Assembly (NCBI GenBank): GCA_002070735.1
Contig: MWDX01000014.1
Coordinates: 1-62,068 of the forward strand
Direction of reading: 5' to 3'
Length of the DNA stretch: 62,068 nucleotides
Source of the DNA: Parcubacteria group bacterium ADurb.Bin115
Lineage (GTDB): Bacteria > Patescibacteriota > Patescibacteriia > Patescibacteriales > UBA12465
A program made the position numbers and the translations under genes. Positions within the stretch are counted from its first letter, which is position 1, and each line of letters opens with the position of its first letter. Below the pieces are notes generated by a model that had not been told where the DNA came from, made no database searches, and worked only from the letters and a program-made list of their open reading frames with translations. Below, piece by piece: positions 19,205 to 31,685 of this stretch.

Positions 19205-19699
19205 ATGGGTTTAATCAAAGCTCTCGGCATCGATGGCCGCATTCTTTTAGCACAATTATTTAATTTTGCTCTTTTAGTGTTCATCTTATGGCGTTATGCC
19301 TATAAGCCGGTTTTAAATATTTTGGAAGAAAGACGCTCTAAGATAGAACAAGGCTTGAATGATGCGGAAACAGCGGCCGAAAAATTAAAACAAGCTGAAG
19401 AGAATAGTCGTCAGGTGATGATTGCCGCTCGCCAAGAAGCGGCGCAATTATTGGAAAAAGCTCAACATCAGGCGGAGTTACGCCAGCAAGAAATCGTTAG
19501 AAAAGCCCAAGAAGATATCGGTATTATGATGGAGAAGGAAAGAGAAAAAATTGAAGCCGAAAAAAAGTCTGTTTTAGCGGAACTTAAAGGCGAGTTATCG
19601 AACTTAATTTTATTGGGTTTAAAAAGTTTTTTACACGAGAATGTTGATGATAAGCGCGATAAAGAAGCGATTGACCGCCTTGTCAAAGATTTAATTTAA
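19205..19699 (+). CDS. atpF: F0F1 ATP synthase subunit b
   Basis: Single N-terminal TM helix, then a long charged coiled coil. Position in the operon agrees. Confidence 0.85.
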   Translation: MGLIKALGIDGRILLAQLFNFALLVFILWRYAYKPVLNILEERRSKIEQGLNDAETAAEKLKQAEENSRQVMIAARQEAAQLLEKAQHQAELRQQEIVRKAQEDIGIMMEKEREKIEAEKKSVLAELKGELSNLILLGLKSFLHENVDDKRDKEAIDRLVKDLI

Positions 19700-19703
19700 T
19701 TTT

Positions 19704-20108
19704 ATGAAAGTGAATGCCAAACAATACGCTCGTAGTCTCTTTGAGCTATTAGAGGGTAAAACCGAGAATGAAGCTAAGAGTTTAATTGCAAATTTTGTAA
19801 AATTTCTTTATCGCCGTCAAGATTTTGATAAGGCTAAGGCTATTATTAATGAATTAGAATCTCTGTATGACAGTTCTGACGGATTGACCAGAGCGGAACT
19901 ATTAAGTTCTCGGCCGCTGGACAATCAAATTAAATCTAAGATAAGCGCTTATATTAAGTCAAAGTTAGGTAAAACAGATATAGAGTTATCCGAAAAAATA
20001 GATAAAGATCTTATTGGTGGTTTCATTCTCCGTTATAATGGTCTAGTAATTGATGGCAGCTTTAAAAATAATTTATTAAAATTTAAGAAACAGCTTTTAA
20101 TTAATTAA
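19704..20108 (+). CDS. atpH: F0F1 ATP synthase subunit delta (OSCP), short 134-aa form
   Basis: Lies between atpF and atpA. C-terminal [22 protein letters not shown] matches the OSCP C-terminus. Confidence 0.7.
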   Translation: MKVNAKQYARSLFELLEGKTENEAKSLIANFVKFLYRRQDFDKAKAIINELESLYDSSDGLTRAELLSSRPLDNQIKSKISAYIKSKLGKTDIELSEKIDKDLIGGFILRYNGLVIDGSFKNNLLKFKKQLLIN

Positions 20109-20112
20109 TATT

Positions 20113-21636
20113 ATGTCTAGCACTAAAGATTTTATCGTCGAGCAGATAAAGCGGCAAATTGCTGATTTTCAGGTCAGCCTTGAAGAGAGCAGTGTGGGCC
20201 GAGTTTTGAAGATTTCCGACGGTATCGCTCTTGTTTCTGGTTTAACTGAGGCAATGATGAGCGAAATTTTAATTTTTAAGTCCAGTCAGGGTGAAATTGC
20301 CGGTCTTGCTTTAAATTTAGAAGAAAATTTAGTCGGCGCTATTATTATGGGTGATTTTTCCGGGATTAAGGAGGGGGACGAAGTCGTCTGCACCAAGCGT
20401 ATTTTAAGCGTGCCAGTTGGTGAGGTATTGGTGGGCAGGGTTGTTAATCCCTTGGGGGAAGCTATTGACGGCAAAGGCGTTTTGGCTACTAAAGAGTTTT
20501 ATCCTGTTGAAAAGATTGCTCCCGGGGTGATTACCCGCGCCCCCGTTAATCAGCCGGTTCAAACAGGTATAAAGGCTATTGATGCGATGATTCCTATTGG
20601 TCGTGGACAGCGCGAACTTATTATTGGTGATCGTCAGATTGGTAAGACCGCTATCGCTATCGACACTATTATCAACCAGAAAGGACAAAACATGAAGTGT
20701 ATTTATGTAGCTATTGGGCAAAAAGAGTCTAAAGTTGCAGAAATTGTTCGTAAATTAGAGGCTTCAGGGGCAATGGAATATACCACCATAGTTTTAGCTG
20801 GAGCTTCTAGCCCCGCTTCTTTACTTTACCTTGCTCCTTATGCCGGCACGGCTATGGCCGAATATTTTTTAGATAAAGGAGAAGATGTTTTGATAGTTTA
20901 TGATGATTTATCCAAACACGCTGTTTCTTATCGCGAAATTTCACTTTTATTGCGCCGGCCACCGGGGCGCGAAGCTTTCCCTGGTGATGTTTTTTATCTC
21001 CATTCCCGTCTTTTGGAAAGAGCTTGTAAATTAAATAAGGATTTTGGTGGCGGTTCCATTACCGCTTTGCCAATTATTGAAACCCAGGCCGGCGATATTT
21101 CTGCTTATATTCCCACCAATGTTATTTCTATCACCGATGGACAGATTTTCTTAGAGCCGGATATGTTCTATAAAGGTAATCGTCCGGCTATTAATGCTGG
21201 CTTGTCTGTTTCTCGTGTCGGTTCTTCCGCTCAGATTAAGGCTATGAAAAAAGTGGCTGGCAAGATGCGCCTTGAGGCTGCCCAGTTCCGCGAATTGGCC
21301 GCTTTTGCTCAATTTGGCTCTGATTTAGATGAAGATACCAACCGAAAACTGGAAAGAGGTAAGCGTTTGTATGAAATATTCAAGCAGGATCAGTATCAGC
21401 CTTTGTCCATTGATAAGCAGGTGGTTATATATTATGCCTTGATTAATGGTTATATAGACAAGGTGCCGGTAGAAAAAGTACGTGATTTTGAATCCGGTTT
21501 ATACAAATATTTAGAGGCAAACAACGAGGTCTCTAAGGCAATTTTAGAAAAGAAGGAGCTTGATGTTGAAACTGAAGAAAAAATTAAGCAACTTTTAGGT
21601 GATTACAAGGAAACCCTCGATTATCTATTAAGCTAA
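20113..21636 (+). CDS. atpA: F0F1 ATP synthase subunit alpha
   Basis: Walker A GDRQIGKT and full-length alpha-subunit similarity. Confidence 0.97.
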   Translation: MSSTKDFIVEQIKRQIADFQVSLEESSVGRVLKISDGIALVSGLTEAMMSEILIFKSSQGEIAGLALNLEENLVGAIIMGDFSGIKEGDEVVCTKRILSVPVGEVLVGRVVNPLGEAIDGKGVLATKEFYPVEKIAPGVITRAPVNQPVQTGIKAIDAMIPIGRGQRELIIGDRQIGKTAIAIDTIINQKGQNMKCIYVAIGQKESKVAEIVRKLEASGAMEYTTIVLAGASSPASLLYLAPYAGTAMAEYFLDKGEDVLIVYDDLSKHAVSYREISLLLRRPPGREAFPGDVFYLHSRLLERACKLNKDFGGGSITALPIIETQAGDISAYIPTNVISITDGQIFLEPDMFYKGNRPAINAGLSVSRVGSSAQIKAMKKVAGKMRLEAAQFRELAAFAQFGSDLDEDTNRKLERGKRLYEIFKQDQYQPLSIDKQVVIYYALINGYIDKVPVEKVRDFESGLYKYLEANNEVSKAILEKKELDVETEEKIKQLLGDYKETLDYLLS

Positions 21637-21659
21637 GGCGCGGGTAATCATTTGGCTTT

Positions 21660-22604
21660 ATGGCGAAAACTAAAGAAATATCAAGACGAATTAAATCCAT
21701 TAGTAATACTCGCAAGCTTACTAAAGCGATGGAAATGGTGGCGACCGCTAAAATGAGAAGAGCGGTCGAGGCGGTTTTAAAAACCAGAACCTATGCTAAT
21801 TTAAGTTGGGAAACTGTTTTGCATTTGTCTGCCACTAATGGTCAAAACGGAGAAAAACATCCTTTGTTGACACTTAGGCCGGAAACCAAAAAGGCGGCGG
21901 TTATTTTAATAACGTCTAATCGCGGCCTGTGTGGTGGATATAATGCGGCTATTATTAATAAAGTTAAAGGTTCCATTAAGCGTCATCCTGAAGTGCCATT
22001 AGATTTTATTCTAGTAGGCAAGAAAGGCGCGGCCGTTTATGCGCAAAATCAGACAGTAACAGCTGAATTTCCTAAAAGTGATATTTTAGAAGACTCTAAG
22101 GAAGTGGTGCCGATAGTAAATTTAGTGATTAAGGATTTTCTTGGTGGTCGGTATGATAAAGTTTTTTTAGCCTATACAGATTTTGTTAGCCCGGTTAAGC
22201 AAGTGCCCCGCATCAAGCAATTATTGCCTATTAACATTAATACTGAAAATGAATATTTAGGTGTTATTGGCGATCCTAAAGTGAGTGTAAACAAGGAAAT
22301 GCTGTCCGATAAGGCGGATAAACATTTAACTCCCCAGGCTGGTTTTGACTATATTTTTGAACCCAGTCCTTCCGAGGTTTTAGATAATATTATTCCGCGC
22401 CTGCTTGAAGTCCAGGTTTTTCAAGCCTTATTGGAGGCTAATGCTTCTGAGCATAGTGCTAGAATGAGCGCTATGCATCAAGCGACTGAAGCGGCCGGGG
22501 AGATGTTAAACGAACTGACTTTGTTTTATAATAAAGCCCGCCAGGCGGGTATCACTGCTGAAATTGCGGAAATCAGTGCTGGCGCTAACGCTCTGCTTAA
22601 TTAA
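21660..22604 (+). CDS. atpG: F0F1 ATP synthase subunit gamma
   Basis: IKSISNTRKLTKAMEMVATAKMRRA N-terminus and ARQAGITAEIAEISAGANAL C-terminus. Confidence 0.95.
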   Translation: MAKTKEISRRIKSISNTRKLTKAMEMVATAKMRRAVEAVLKTRTYANLSWETVLHLSATNGQNGEKHPLLTLRPETKKAAVILITSNRGLCGGYNAAIINKVKGSIKRHPEVPLDFILVGKKGAAVYAQNQTVTAEFPKSDILEDSKEVVPIVNLVIKDFLGGRYDKVFLAYTDFVSPVKQVPRIKQLLPININTENEYLGVIGDPKVSVNKEMLSDKADKHLTPQAGFDYIFEPSPSEVLDNIIPRLLEVQVFQALLEANASEHSARMSAMHQATEAAGEMLNELTLFYNKARQAGITAEIAEISAGANALLN

Positions 22605-22624
22605 ATTTTAATTTTGAATTTTGA

Positions 22625-24028
<1,404 letters not shown>

Positions 24029-24033
24029 TTATT

Positions 24034-24474
24034 ATGGCCGATAGAAAGATAATAAAATTTGAAATTGTTACTCCGGAACGTACTGTTTTTAAACAGGAGG
24101 TTTTTCAGGTGACTGTTCCTACTCAGTCTGGCGAGATTACGGTTTTACCGGATCATATTCCTTTAGTTTCAATTTTGAAGCCTGGAGTTTTGGAAATTAA
24201 AACGGTTGATCAGGAGACCGAAATTATTTCCGTGTCTGGGGGTTTTATTGAGGTATTGCGCGATAAGATTGTTATTTTGGCCGATACGGCGGAGAGAGCC
24301 CAAGAACTTGATGAAAATATTATCGCTGAGGCTCGCCGTCGAGCGGAAGTTTCTAAAGAAGAAGCCATGAGTCAAGATAACTATGATTTGTCCGCCGTGG
24401 CCGCCAAACTGGAAATAGAAGTTGCTCGTGAGCGGGCTTTGCATAAATGGCGTAAGCTCAAAAATATTAAATAG
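24034..24474 (+). CDS. atpC: F0F1 ATP synthase subunit epsilon
   Basis: Beta-sandwich followed by a helical hairpin. Last gene of the operon. Confidence 0.9.
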   Translation: MADRKIIKFEIVTPERTVFKQEVFQVTVPTQSGEITVLPDHIPLVSILKPGVLEIKTVDQETEIISVSGGFIEVLRDKIVILADTAERAQELDENIIAEARRRAEVSKEEAMSQDNYDLSAVAAKLEIEVARERALHKWRKLKNIK

Positions 24475-24482
24475 TTACTAAT

Positions 24483-24511
24483 AAAAAACCGGCCTGTTTC
24501 TGGCCGGTTTT
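24483..24511 (+). terminator. Rho-independent terminator of the atp operon
   Basis: AAAACCGGCC TGTTTCT GGCCGGTTTT. Confidence 0.85.
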
Positions 24512-24657
24512 GTGATATCTTAATTAAATCATCGATTAATTGATGATAGGTAAAATTGGCCGACTAAAACCGGTAAAGTAAAAGTCAAAAAAGAAAGAGT
24601 TATTTAGTTTTGCGAGCATATTATTCATCATTTTTTAATTATAGTAAAGCGTTTTGC

Positions 24658-25437
24658 CTATAACAATATCCAAGCGAAAATAATTATGCCCAAAATAATT
24701 CGGTACCAGCCAAAAACTTGAAAGTTATTCTTTTGGATAAATTTTAAGAAAAATTTTATTCCCAAAATAGCAGTAATAAAAGAAACTGCTAACCCAATTA
24801 GCCAGATTATGGCTTCATTCCCTTGTAATAATGGCGGGGTTTTATATAAATCTAAAGCCGTAGCCGCCGCCATTGTTGGCAAAGCAAGCAAGAAGGAAAA
24901 CTCAACAATATTTTTTCGAGACACGCCCAAGGCTAAGCCGCCCATAATAGTGGCGGCTGATCGGGAAACTCCTGGCACAATCGCTAGAGATTGAAAGATG
25001 CCAATATACGCTGCTTGGCGGTAACTTATTCGTGCCAAGCTTTGTTCATCGTTCTGTCGCTGGTGCTGAGCAAAATATTTTTCCAAAACGATAAGTATTA
25101 TGCCCCCAACTAATAAAGCGCCAGCGATTAAAGGTAAACTTTCAAATAAATAGGTTTTTGCCAGTTTGTATGAAGCTAAACCAATAATTGCAGTGGGGAT
25201 GAAGGCGGCGGTGATTTTTAGAATTAAGCGAGGTTGCCGAATGATTGTTTGAGCATAAAGAACAGCCACCGAAAGAATCGCTCCCAGCTGGATAGAAATA
25301 AGAAAACTGTCCAAAAAATCACTGCTAGGTATTTTAAGCGCTTTGGCGGTAATTATCAGGTGGGCGGTTGAAGATATTGGCAAAAATTCAGTTATACCTT
25401 CAATAATGCCAAGTATGAGAGAATGAAGGATGTTCAT
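24658..25437 (-). CDS. uppP: Undecaprenyl-diphosphate phosphatase
   Basis: GIIEGITEFLPISSTAHL, PGVSRSAATI and about 8 TM helices. Confidence 0.9.
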   Translation of the reverse strand: MNILHSLILGIIEGITEFLPISSTAHLIITAKALKIPSSDFLDSFLISIQLGAILSVAVLYAQTIIRQPRLILKITAAFIPTAIIGLASYKLAKTYLFESLPLIAGALLVGGIILIVLEKYFAQHQRQNDEQSLARISYRQAAYIGIFQSLAIVPGVSRSAATIMGGLALGVSRKNIVEFSFLLALPTMAAATALDLYKTPPLLQGNEAIIWLIGLAVSFITAILGIKFFLKFIQKNNFQVFGWYRIILGIIIFAWILL

Positions 25438-25510
25438 AGAGGTTTAGTATAGTTTTAGTTTAATATATTTTTTCATTTATCGCTAGTTGCCGGATTTCTT
25501 TCATTTAGAC

Positions 25511-25539
25511 TTGACAGGCTTTGGCAAAAACTATAAAAT
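25511..25539 (+). promoter_or_regulatory. Sigma-70 type promoter of groES-groEL
   Basis: TTGACA (25511-25516), 17-nt spacer, TAAAAT (25534-25539). CIRCE starts 10 nt downstream. Confidence 0.65.
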
Positions 25540-25549
25540 AGGTTTAGAC

Positions 25550-25576
25550 TTAGCACTCAATGCTAATGAGTGCTAA
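25550..25576 (+). promoter_or_regulatory. CIRCE operator upstream of groES
   Basis: TTAGCACTC-AATGCTAAT-GAGTGCTAA, a perfect consensus match. Confidence 0.92.
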
Positions 25577-25672
25577 TAAATATGTTTAATATTATTTATT
25601 AATATCAGCTAAAATTTTCCTTTAAAACATTTTACATGATTTGTTTTATGGATTATTTTAGCTCCCTGTGTT

Positions 25673-25963
25673 ATGACATTAAAACCATTATCTAATCACG
25701 TCATTGTGAAGCCGGCCGTTCAGGAAGAGGTTACCAAATCAGGAATTGTCCTCCCCGATACGGCTGATAAGGAGCGTCCGGAAAAAGGCGAAGTGATTGC
25801 GGTCGGACCGGGAAAGATTAGGGATAACGGTCAATTATCACCAATGAGTCTTAAGGTCGGCAACCAAGTCGTATTTAAAAAATATTCTCCTGATGAAATT
25901 AAGATTGATGGGGAAGATTATTTGATTTTAAGCGAAGATGATGTCGTCGCTATTATTGAATAA
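25673..25963 (+). CDS. groES: Co-chaperonin GroES
   Basis: 96 aa: LKPLSNHVIVKP...SGIVLPDTA...GEVIAVGPG. Confidence 0.95.
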   Translation: MTLKPLSNHVIVKPAVQEEVTKSGIVLPDTADKERPEKGEVIAVGPGKIRDNGQLSPMSLKVGNQVVFKKYSPDEIKIDGEDYLILSEDDVVAIIE

Positions 25964-25970
25964 ACTCTAA

Positions 25971-27653
<1,683 letters not shown>

Positions 27654-27676
27654 TTATTAATATTAGTATTGAAGAT

Positions 27677-27704
27677 AAAGAGGCGCTCATTGCGCCTCTT
27701 TTTT
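27677..27704 (+). terminator. Rho-independent terminator after groEL
   Basis: AAAGAGGCGC TCATT GCGCCTCTTT plus a T run. Confidence 0.85.
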
Positions 27705-27736
27705 AAAAGGGGGGAGGTTATTAATTATCAACTGTT

Positions 27737-27764
27737 TTGAATTTTTGGGTTTTATTGCTATAAT
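27737..27764 (+). promoter_or_regulatory. Putative promoter of the 27792-31567 gene string
   Basis: TTGAAT (27737-27742), 16-nt spacer, TATAAT (27759-27764). Confidence 0.45.
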
Positions 27765-27791
27765 ATTATCATAAAAGTAATCTTTGTTTAT

Positions 27792-28259
27792 ATGTATAGT
27801 CATAAAAAAACTACTAATATTCCTAAAAAGCCGATAGTAGTCGCTGTTTCTGGTTATTTCAATCCTTTACATGTCGGGCACTTAGAAATGATTGCGCGGG
27901 CAAAAAAATTAGGCGATAAATTGGTGGCGATAATCAATAATGATTTTCAGGTGAAACTTAAAGGGAGTGTTCCTTTTATGAGTTTAAAAGATAGAGTAAA
28001 AATTATTTCTGCTTTGCGTGACGTGGATGAAGTGTTTGTGTCGATTGACCGTGATAAAACGGTTTGTAAATCTCTAGCTAAATTGAAGCCGGATATTTTT
28101 GCTAATGGTGGCGATCGTCACAGCCTCGGCGATGTTCCGGAATATCCGATTTGCCAAAAATATAAGATAAAAATGGTTGACGGCTTGGGTAAAAAAATAC
28201 GGGCCAGTTCTGTTTTGATTGCGAAAGCGGCGGCCAAGAAAGCCAAAATTAAAAGTTAA
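27792..28259 (+). CDS. Cytidylyltransferase-like nucleotidyltransferase (HxGH family; RfaE domain II / TagD-like)
   Basis: VAVSGYFNPLHVGHLEMIARAKKLGDKLVAIINND carries the HxGH motif. Size of 155 aa fits. Confidence 0.7.
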   Translation: MYSHKKTTNIPKKPIVVAVSGYFNPLHVGHLEMIARAKKLGDKLVAIINNDFQVKLKGSVPFMSLKDRVKIISALRDVDEVFVSIDRDKTVCKSLAKLKPDIFANGGDRHSLGDVPEYPICQKYKIKMVDGLGKKIRASSVLIAKAAAKKAKIKS

Positions 28260-28269
28260 TCTATAAGCT

Positions 28270-29199
28270 ATGCGTCAAATTGTTCGCTATTTTATATTAT
28301 TAGTCTTAAGTTTATTGGTAACGACTATTGTCCTTAGCTTGGTTTTTAGTCGGAGCTTGTTGTCTTCTCTAGGCCCTGTTAACGGTTTGCTGGCGCGCTT
28401 GGATAATATTTTTAGTTCTTCTGAAGATAAAAAAATAGAACCACGACCAGAAAAAACTGTTCGTTTAATTGAAGGTTGGACCAGCCGCGACATGGGGCAA
28501 TACTTTGAAAGTCAAGGGATATGGCAAAGTGAAGAATTTTTGGAGTTTGTCGGCTTTCCGCAGATAGATTACAACAAAGAAAAAGATTTGCCGCCGCTTG
28601 AAGATTTTTCTGATGACTTTTCTTTTTTGTCGGATAAGCCAAAAAATCGCGGTCTTGAGGGTTATCTTTACCCTGATACTTACCGTATCTATGCCACCTC
28701 TTCTCCGCGAGAATTGGTTGTTAAGATGCTTCAGAATTTTGACAATCAATTGACACCAAAGATGCGTGCCGATATTAAAAAGCAGGGTAAAACCATTTAT
28801 GAAATTGTCACCATGGCTTCTTTGTTGGAAAAAGAGGCGCCGATAAATTATAAAAGTGGTGATAATCGTGATGCTAGAATTATTTCAGGAATTTTTTGGA
28901 ACAGGATAAAATATGGCCAGGCTTTGCAATCATGCGCCACTCTCGCCTATGTCTTAGGGGTTAATAAATCTCAGTATTCATCCGCTGATATCCAGACAGA
29001 ATCTCTCTATAATACTTATAAATATAGGGGTTTACCGCCGGGACCAATTAGTAATCCCGGTATTTTAGCGATTGAGGCCGCTATTTATCCATTAAGCACC
29101 AATTATAATTATTTTTTAACTCCCGCCGGCAGTAAAGATATTATTTATTCTACTACCTATAGCGAACATTTACGCAATAAGAGTAAATATTTGCCTTAA
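28270..29199 (+). CDS. mltG: Endolytic murein transglycosylase MltG (YceG-like)
   Basis: N-terminal TM helix. LEGYLYPDTY, ASLLEKEA, YNTYKYRGLPPGPISNPG. Confidence 0.85.
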   Translation: MRQIVRYFILLVLSLLVTTIVLSLVFSRSLLSSLGPVNGLLARLDNIFSSSEDKKIEPRPEKTVRLIEGWTSRDMGQYFESQGIWQSEEFLEFVGFPQIDYNKEKDLPPLEDFSDDFSFLSDKPKNRGLEGYLYPDTYRIYATSSPRELVVKMLQNFDNQLTPKMRADIKKQGKTIYEIVTMASLLEKEAPINYKSGDNRDARIISGIFWNRIKYGQALQSCATLAYVLGVNKSQYSSADIQTESLYNTYKYRGLPPGPISNPGILAIEAAIYPLSTNYNYFLTPAGSKDIIYSTTYSEHLRNKSKYLP

Positions 29200-29203
29200 T
29201 TTT

Positions 29204-31567
29204 ATGTTTGAGGAAGTCAAAATACCTTCCAGTGGCGCCAACAATTTTATTGAAGCGGCTAATCAGGGCGCGGGGGAAGATAAATCTGGAGCTAAGAAGA
29301 AGATATTAATCTTGATTTTGGCAATTATTATTATTGCCGCTTTAGGGGCAGGTATTTGGTGGCTTTCTCAGCGTCTTAAATCATCTTCGCAGCCATCCGG
29401 GGATGATAGTCAAGCCTCATCTTCAGCCCCGGCTCGGCTCAATGATTTTCATTTGGAAGGAATCGATGGACAAAAAGAAGGCTCTAATACGGCCGAAGAG
29501 CCTAATGCTGTTGAATATTTATATTTTTCTTATTTTTATCATGAGCCCGATAATATCATTGATGATTTTAAATTTCCTGAATATGCCGTCCCGATAAACG
29601 TGAAATTAGACGTATCTAATTATTATGATGTTTCGCGTAAGTTAAATTTAGATTCCAGTTTGGAATCTTTGAATAAGAACGGCTTTGCTATTTTAGACAA
29701 TCCTTGGCCCAAAGAAGCTAATGATTTCTACGCCTTAGGCGCTTTGCTTGATGATAAGCAGATACCCTTATTTATCAGCGCCGATTTCATCTCCTATTAT
29801 TATCAAAGTATTTTGAAAATGTCTTTTAAAGAAATTGAAGAAGGTGTTTTTTATGAAAGTCTCTGGAATATTAACCGTACTTTATACGAAGGCGCGCGTA
29901 TTCGTTATGAAAATCATTTACAAGTTTCTGGCAATATCAATGACCGTGTTCTGGAAGGGGAGCGCTTAGAGGCGGCTTTTTTTGCCGTGTCTTTAGAATT
30001 ATTAAAGCCGCGTTTGGATCAGGTTGACTCTGCCAATAATCTTAACTCCGGAAAATTCAGCGGTCGGGATCAGCAAAAATTTTCCTTTACTTTACCGGCT
30101 TATTTAAGTGATGATGTTACTAAAGAACTGGAGCTGATTCGCGCCGCTAAAGAACAGCAGAAATCTCCCGTTCTATTATATGATCGTGATTATAAATCAT
30201 TCATAATACCGCAGGAATATAAGAATAATGCCCGTTTACAAAATTTCTACCTGACAGCGGTCTGGCTTAATTCCGTGTTTCCTCTTAATTATCGGGACGA
30301 GTCTTGCCCCGAGTGTTTACTGGATAAAGATGATTGGCGAATTAATTTTACCGCCGCTTCTTTAATTGCTAGCGATTTCGCCAATAATCAAGAGTTGAAG
30401 AGCGAATGGGCGCGTATTTATAAAATTATTTCTTTTTTCAAGGGTTTAAGGGATGGTTGGAATTATGTACATTATCGTGATGGCCTGAAAAATAGTTTCG
30501 GCGATGATTTTGATGTTACCCGTCTGTTTGCGGAAGATAATCCAGAAGCAGAGGCAAATATGGAAAAATTGCGCCAAAATCTCCTTCAGAGGGAAGTGGT
30601 GCCAATGCAGGGGGGCTTAAGTTTGAAGACTATGGCCGGTTATAAAATTGCTGGCTTGCAGTTTTTGGCAGATTTTTATTGGCCAAATGATTTTATTTTT
30701 GGACACTTAAGATATCCCGAAGTTGGCGTTTATCAGGGCGGAGAAAAGCCAGTGGCTAATAATGTTACTGCTTGTTTGGTTCAAAAAAAATATCAGCGTT
30801 GTCAGGGTTCCAGTCAGGACATATTGAGTTTATTGTATCCAGCTTGGAACGGACCGCTATTTTTAGAAAATGGAAATTATGCTAATTATAAGGAAGCTTT
30901 AGAAAATTTACGCCCCTTAGTCGAGGGTGGCATGAACGAAAATCTTAATAATTATTGGTCTTCATTACTGGCCAATCGTTATTATTTAAATATTTCTGAC
31001 ACCCGTCTGCCCGCATATCTGCGCTCAAAAGATTGGCGCGCTCATATGGCTAATTCAGTTTTAGGTTCTTGGACGGATATGCAATTGCCTCTTGATAAAA
31101 TCAGTCTGCGTAGCCAGAGTACAAATAATTCAAATTTAGGAGCAACTGTCAGTTTTTCCGAATATAATTGGGTTGAGCCTAATATTGATTATCTTGATCG
31201 TCTTTTAGCTCATAATCAGATGATTTTAGGCATGTTCGAAGCAATCGGTTTGGATGAAAAGTCTAGTTTGGCCACCAATAATATCCGTGAAGCCGGCCGC
31301 CAACTAGCCGGGCTTAGAGCTATTATCGCCAAACAAGCGGTGGGAGAAGATTTAAATGCTGATGATAATCGATTTATTCGTGATTTTGTTCGTGCTTATT
31401 TGGTTGAAGAACCGGCCGAAAAAACCTTATCTTGGCGTAATAATTCTTTAGGCGCTAATATTAAGGAAAGCTTAGGCTCTCCTCGCCTCCTTATCATTGC
31501 TCATCCTGTGAGTGATAAGATTGTATTTTCTGTCGGTCCGGTATTTAATCATCAGGAGAGTAAATAA
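29204..31567 (+). CDS. Large (787 aa) N-terminally anchored extracytoplasmic protein, possibly DUF3160 family
   Basis: One TM helix at aa 33-53. The segment LNKNGFAILDNPW...FYALGALLDDKQIPLFISADFISYYYQSILKMSFKEIEE resembles, from memory, the NGF..-P.FvT.D..LH.YH region of DUF3160. Not verified. Confidence 0.45.
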   Translation: MFEEVKIPSSGANNFIEAANQGAGEDKSGAKKKILILILAIIIIAALGAGIWWLSQRLKSSSQPSGDDSQASSSAPARLNDFHLEGIDGQKEGSNTAEEPNAVEYLYFSYFYHEPDNIIDDFKFPEYAVPINVKLDVSNYYDVSRKLNLDSSLESLNKNGFAILDNPWPKEANDFYALGALLDDKQIPLFISADFISYYYQSILKMSFKEIEEGVFYESLWNINRTLYEGARIRYENHLQVSGNINDRVLEGERLEAAFFAVSLELLKPRLDQVDSANNLNSGKFSGRDQQKFSFTLPAYLSDDVTKELELIRAAKEQQKSPVLLYDRDYKSFIIPQEYKNNARLQNFYLTAVWLNSVFPLNYRDESCPECLLDKDDWRINFTAASLIASDFANNQELKSEWARIYKIISFFKGLRDGWNYVHYRDGLKNSFGDDFDVTRLFAEDNPEAEANMEKLRQNLLQREVVPMQGGLSLKTMAGYKIAGLQFLADFYWPNDFIFGHLRYPEVGVYQGGEKPVANNVTACLVQKKYQRCQGSSQDILSLLYPAWNGPLFLENGNYANYKEALENLRPLVEGGMNENLNNYWSSLLANRYYLNISDTRLPAYLRSKDWRAHMANSVLGSWTDMQLPLDKISLRSQSTNNSNLGATVSFSEYNWVEPNIDYLDRLLAHNQMILGMFEAIGLDEKSSLATNNIREAGRQLAGLRAIIAKQAVGEDLNADDNRFIRDFVRAYLVEEPAEKTLSWRNNSLGANIKESLGSPRLLIIAHPVSDKIVFSVGPVFNHQESK

Positions 31568-31586
31568 TTAATATTAATATTTATCT

Positions 31587-31612
31587 AAAAAACCGCCATT
31601 TGGCGGTTTTAT
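31587..31612. terminator. Bidirectional terminator between convergent genes
   Basis: AAAAAACCGCCATTTGGCGGTTTTAT, with an A run on one side and a T run on the other. Confidence 0.75.
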
Positions 31613-31685
31613 ATTAAAGAATTTATGCTGTAAATTTGCTTAATATTTAAATATTTTATATCCCTAATTTTTTAACCTGGACTTT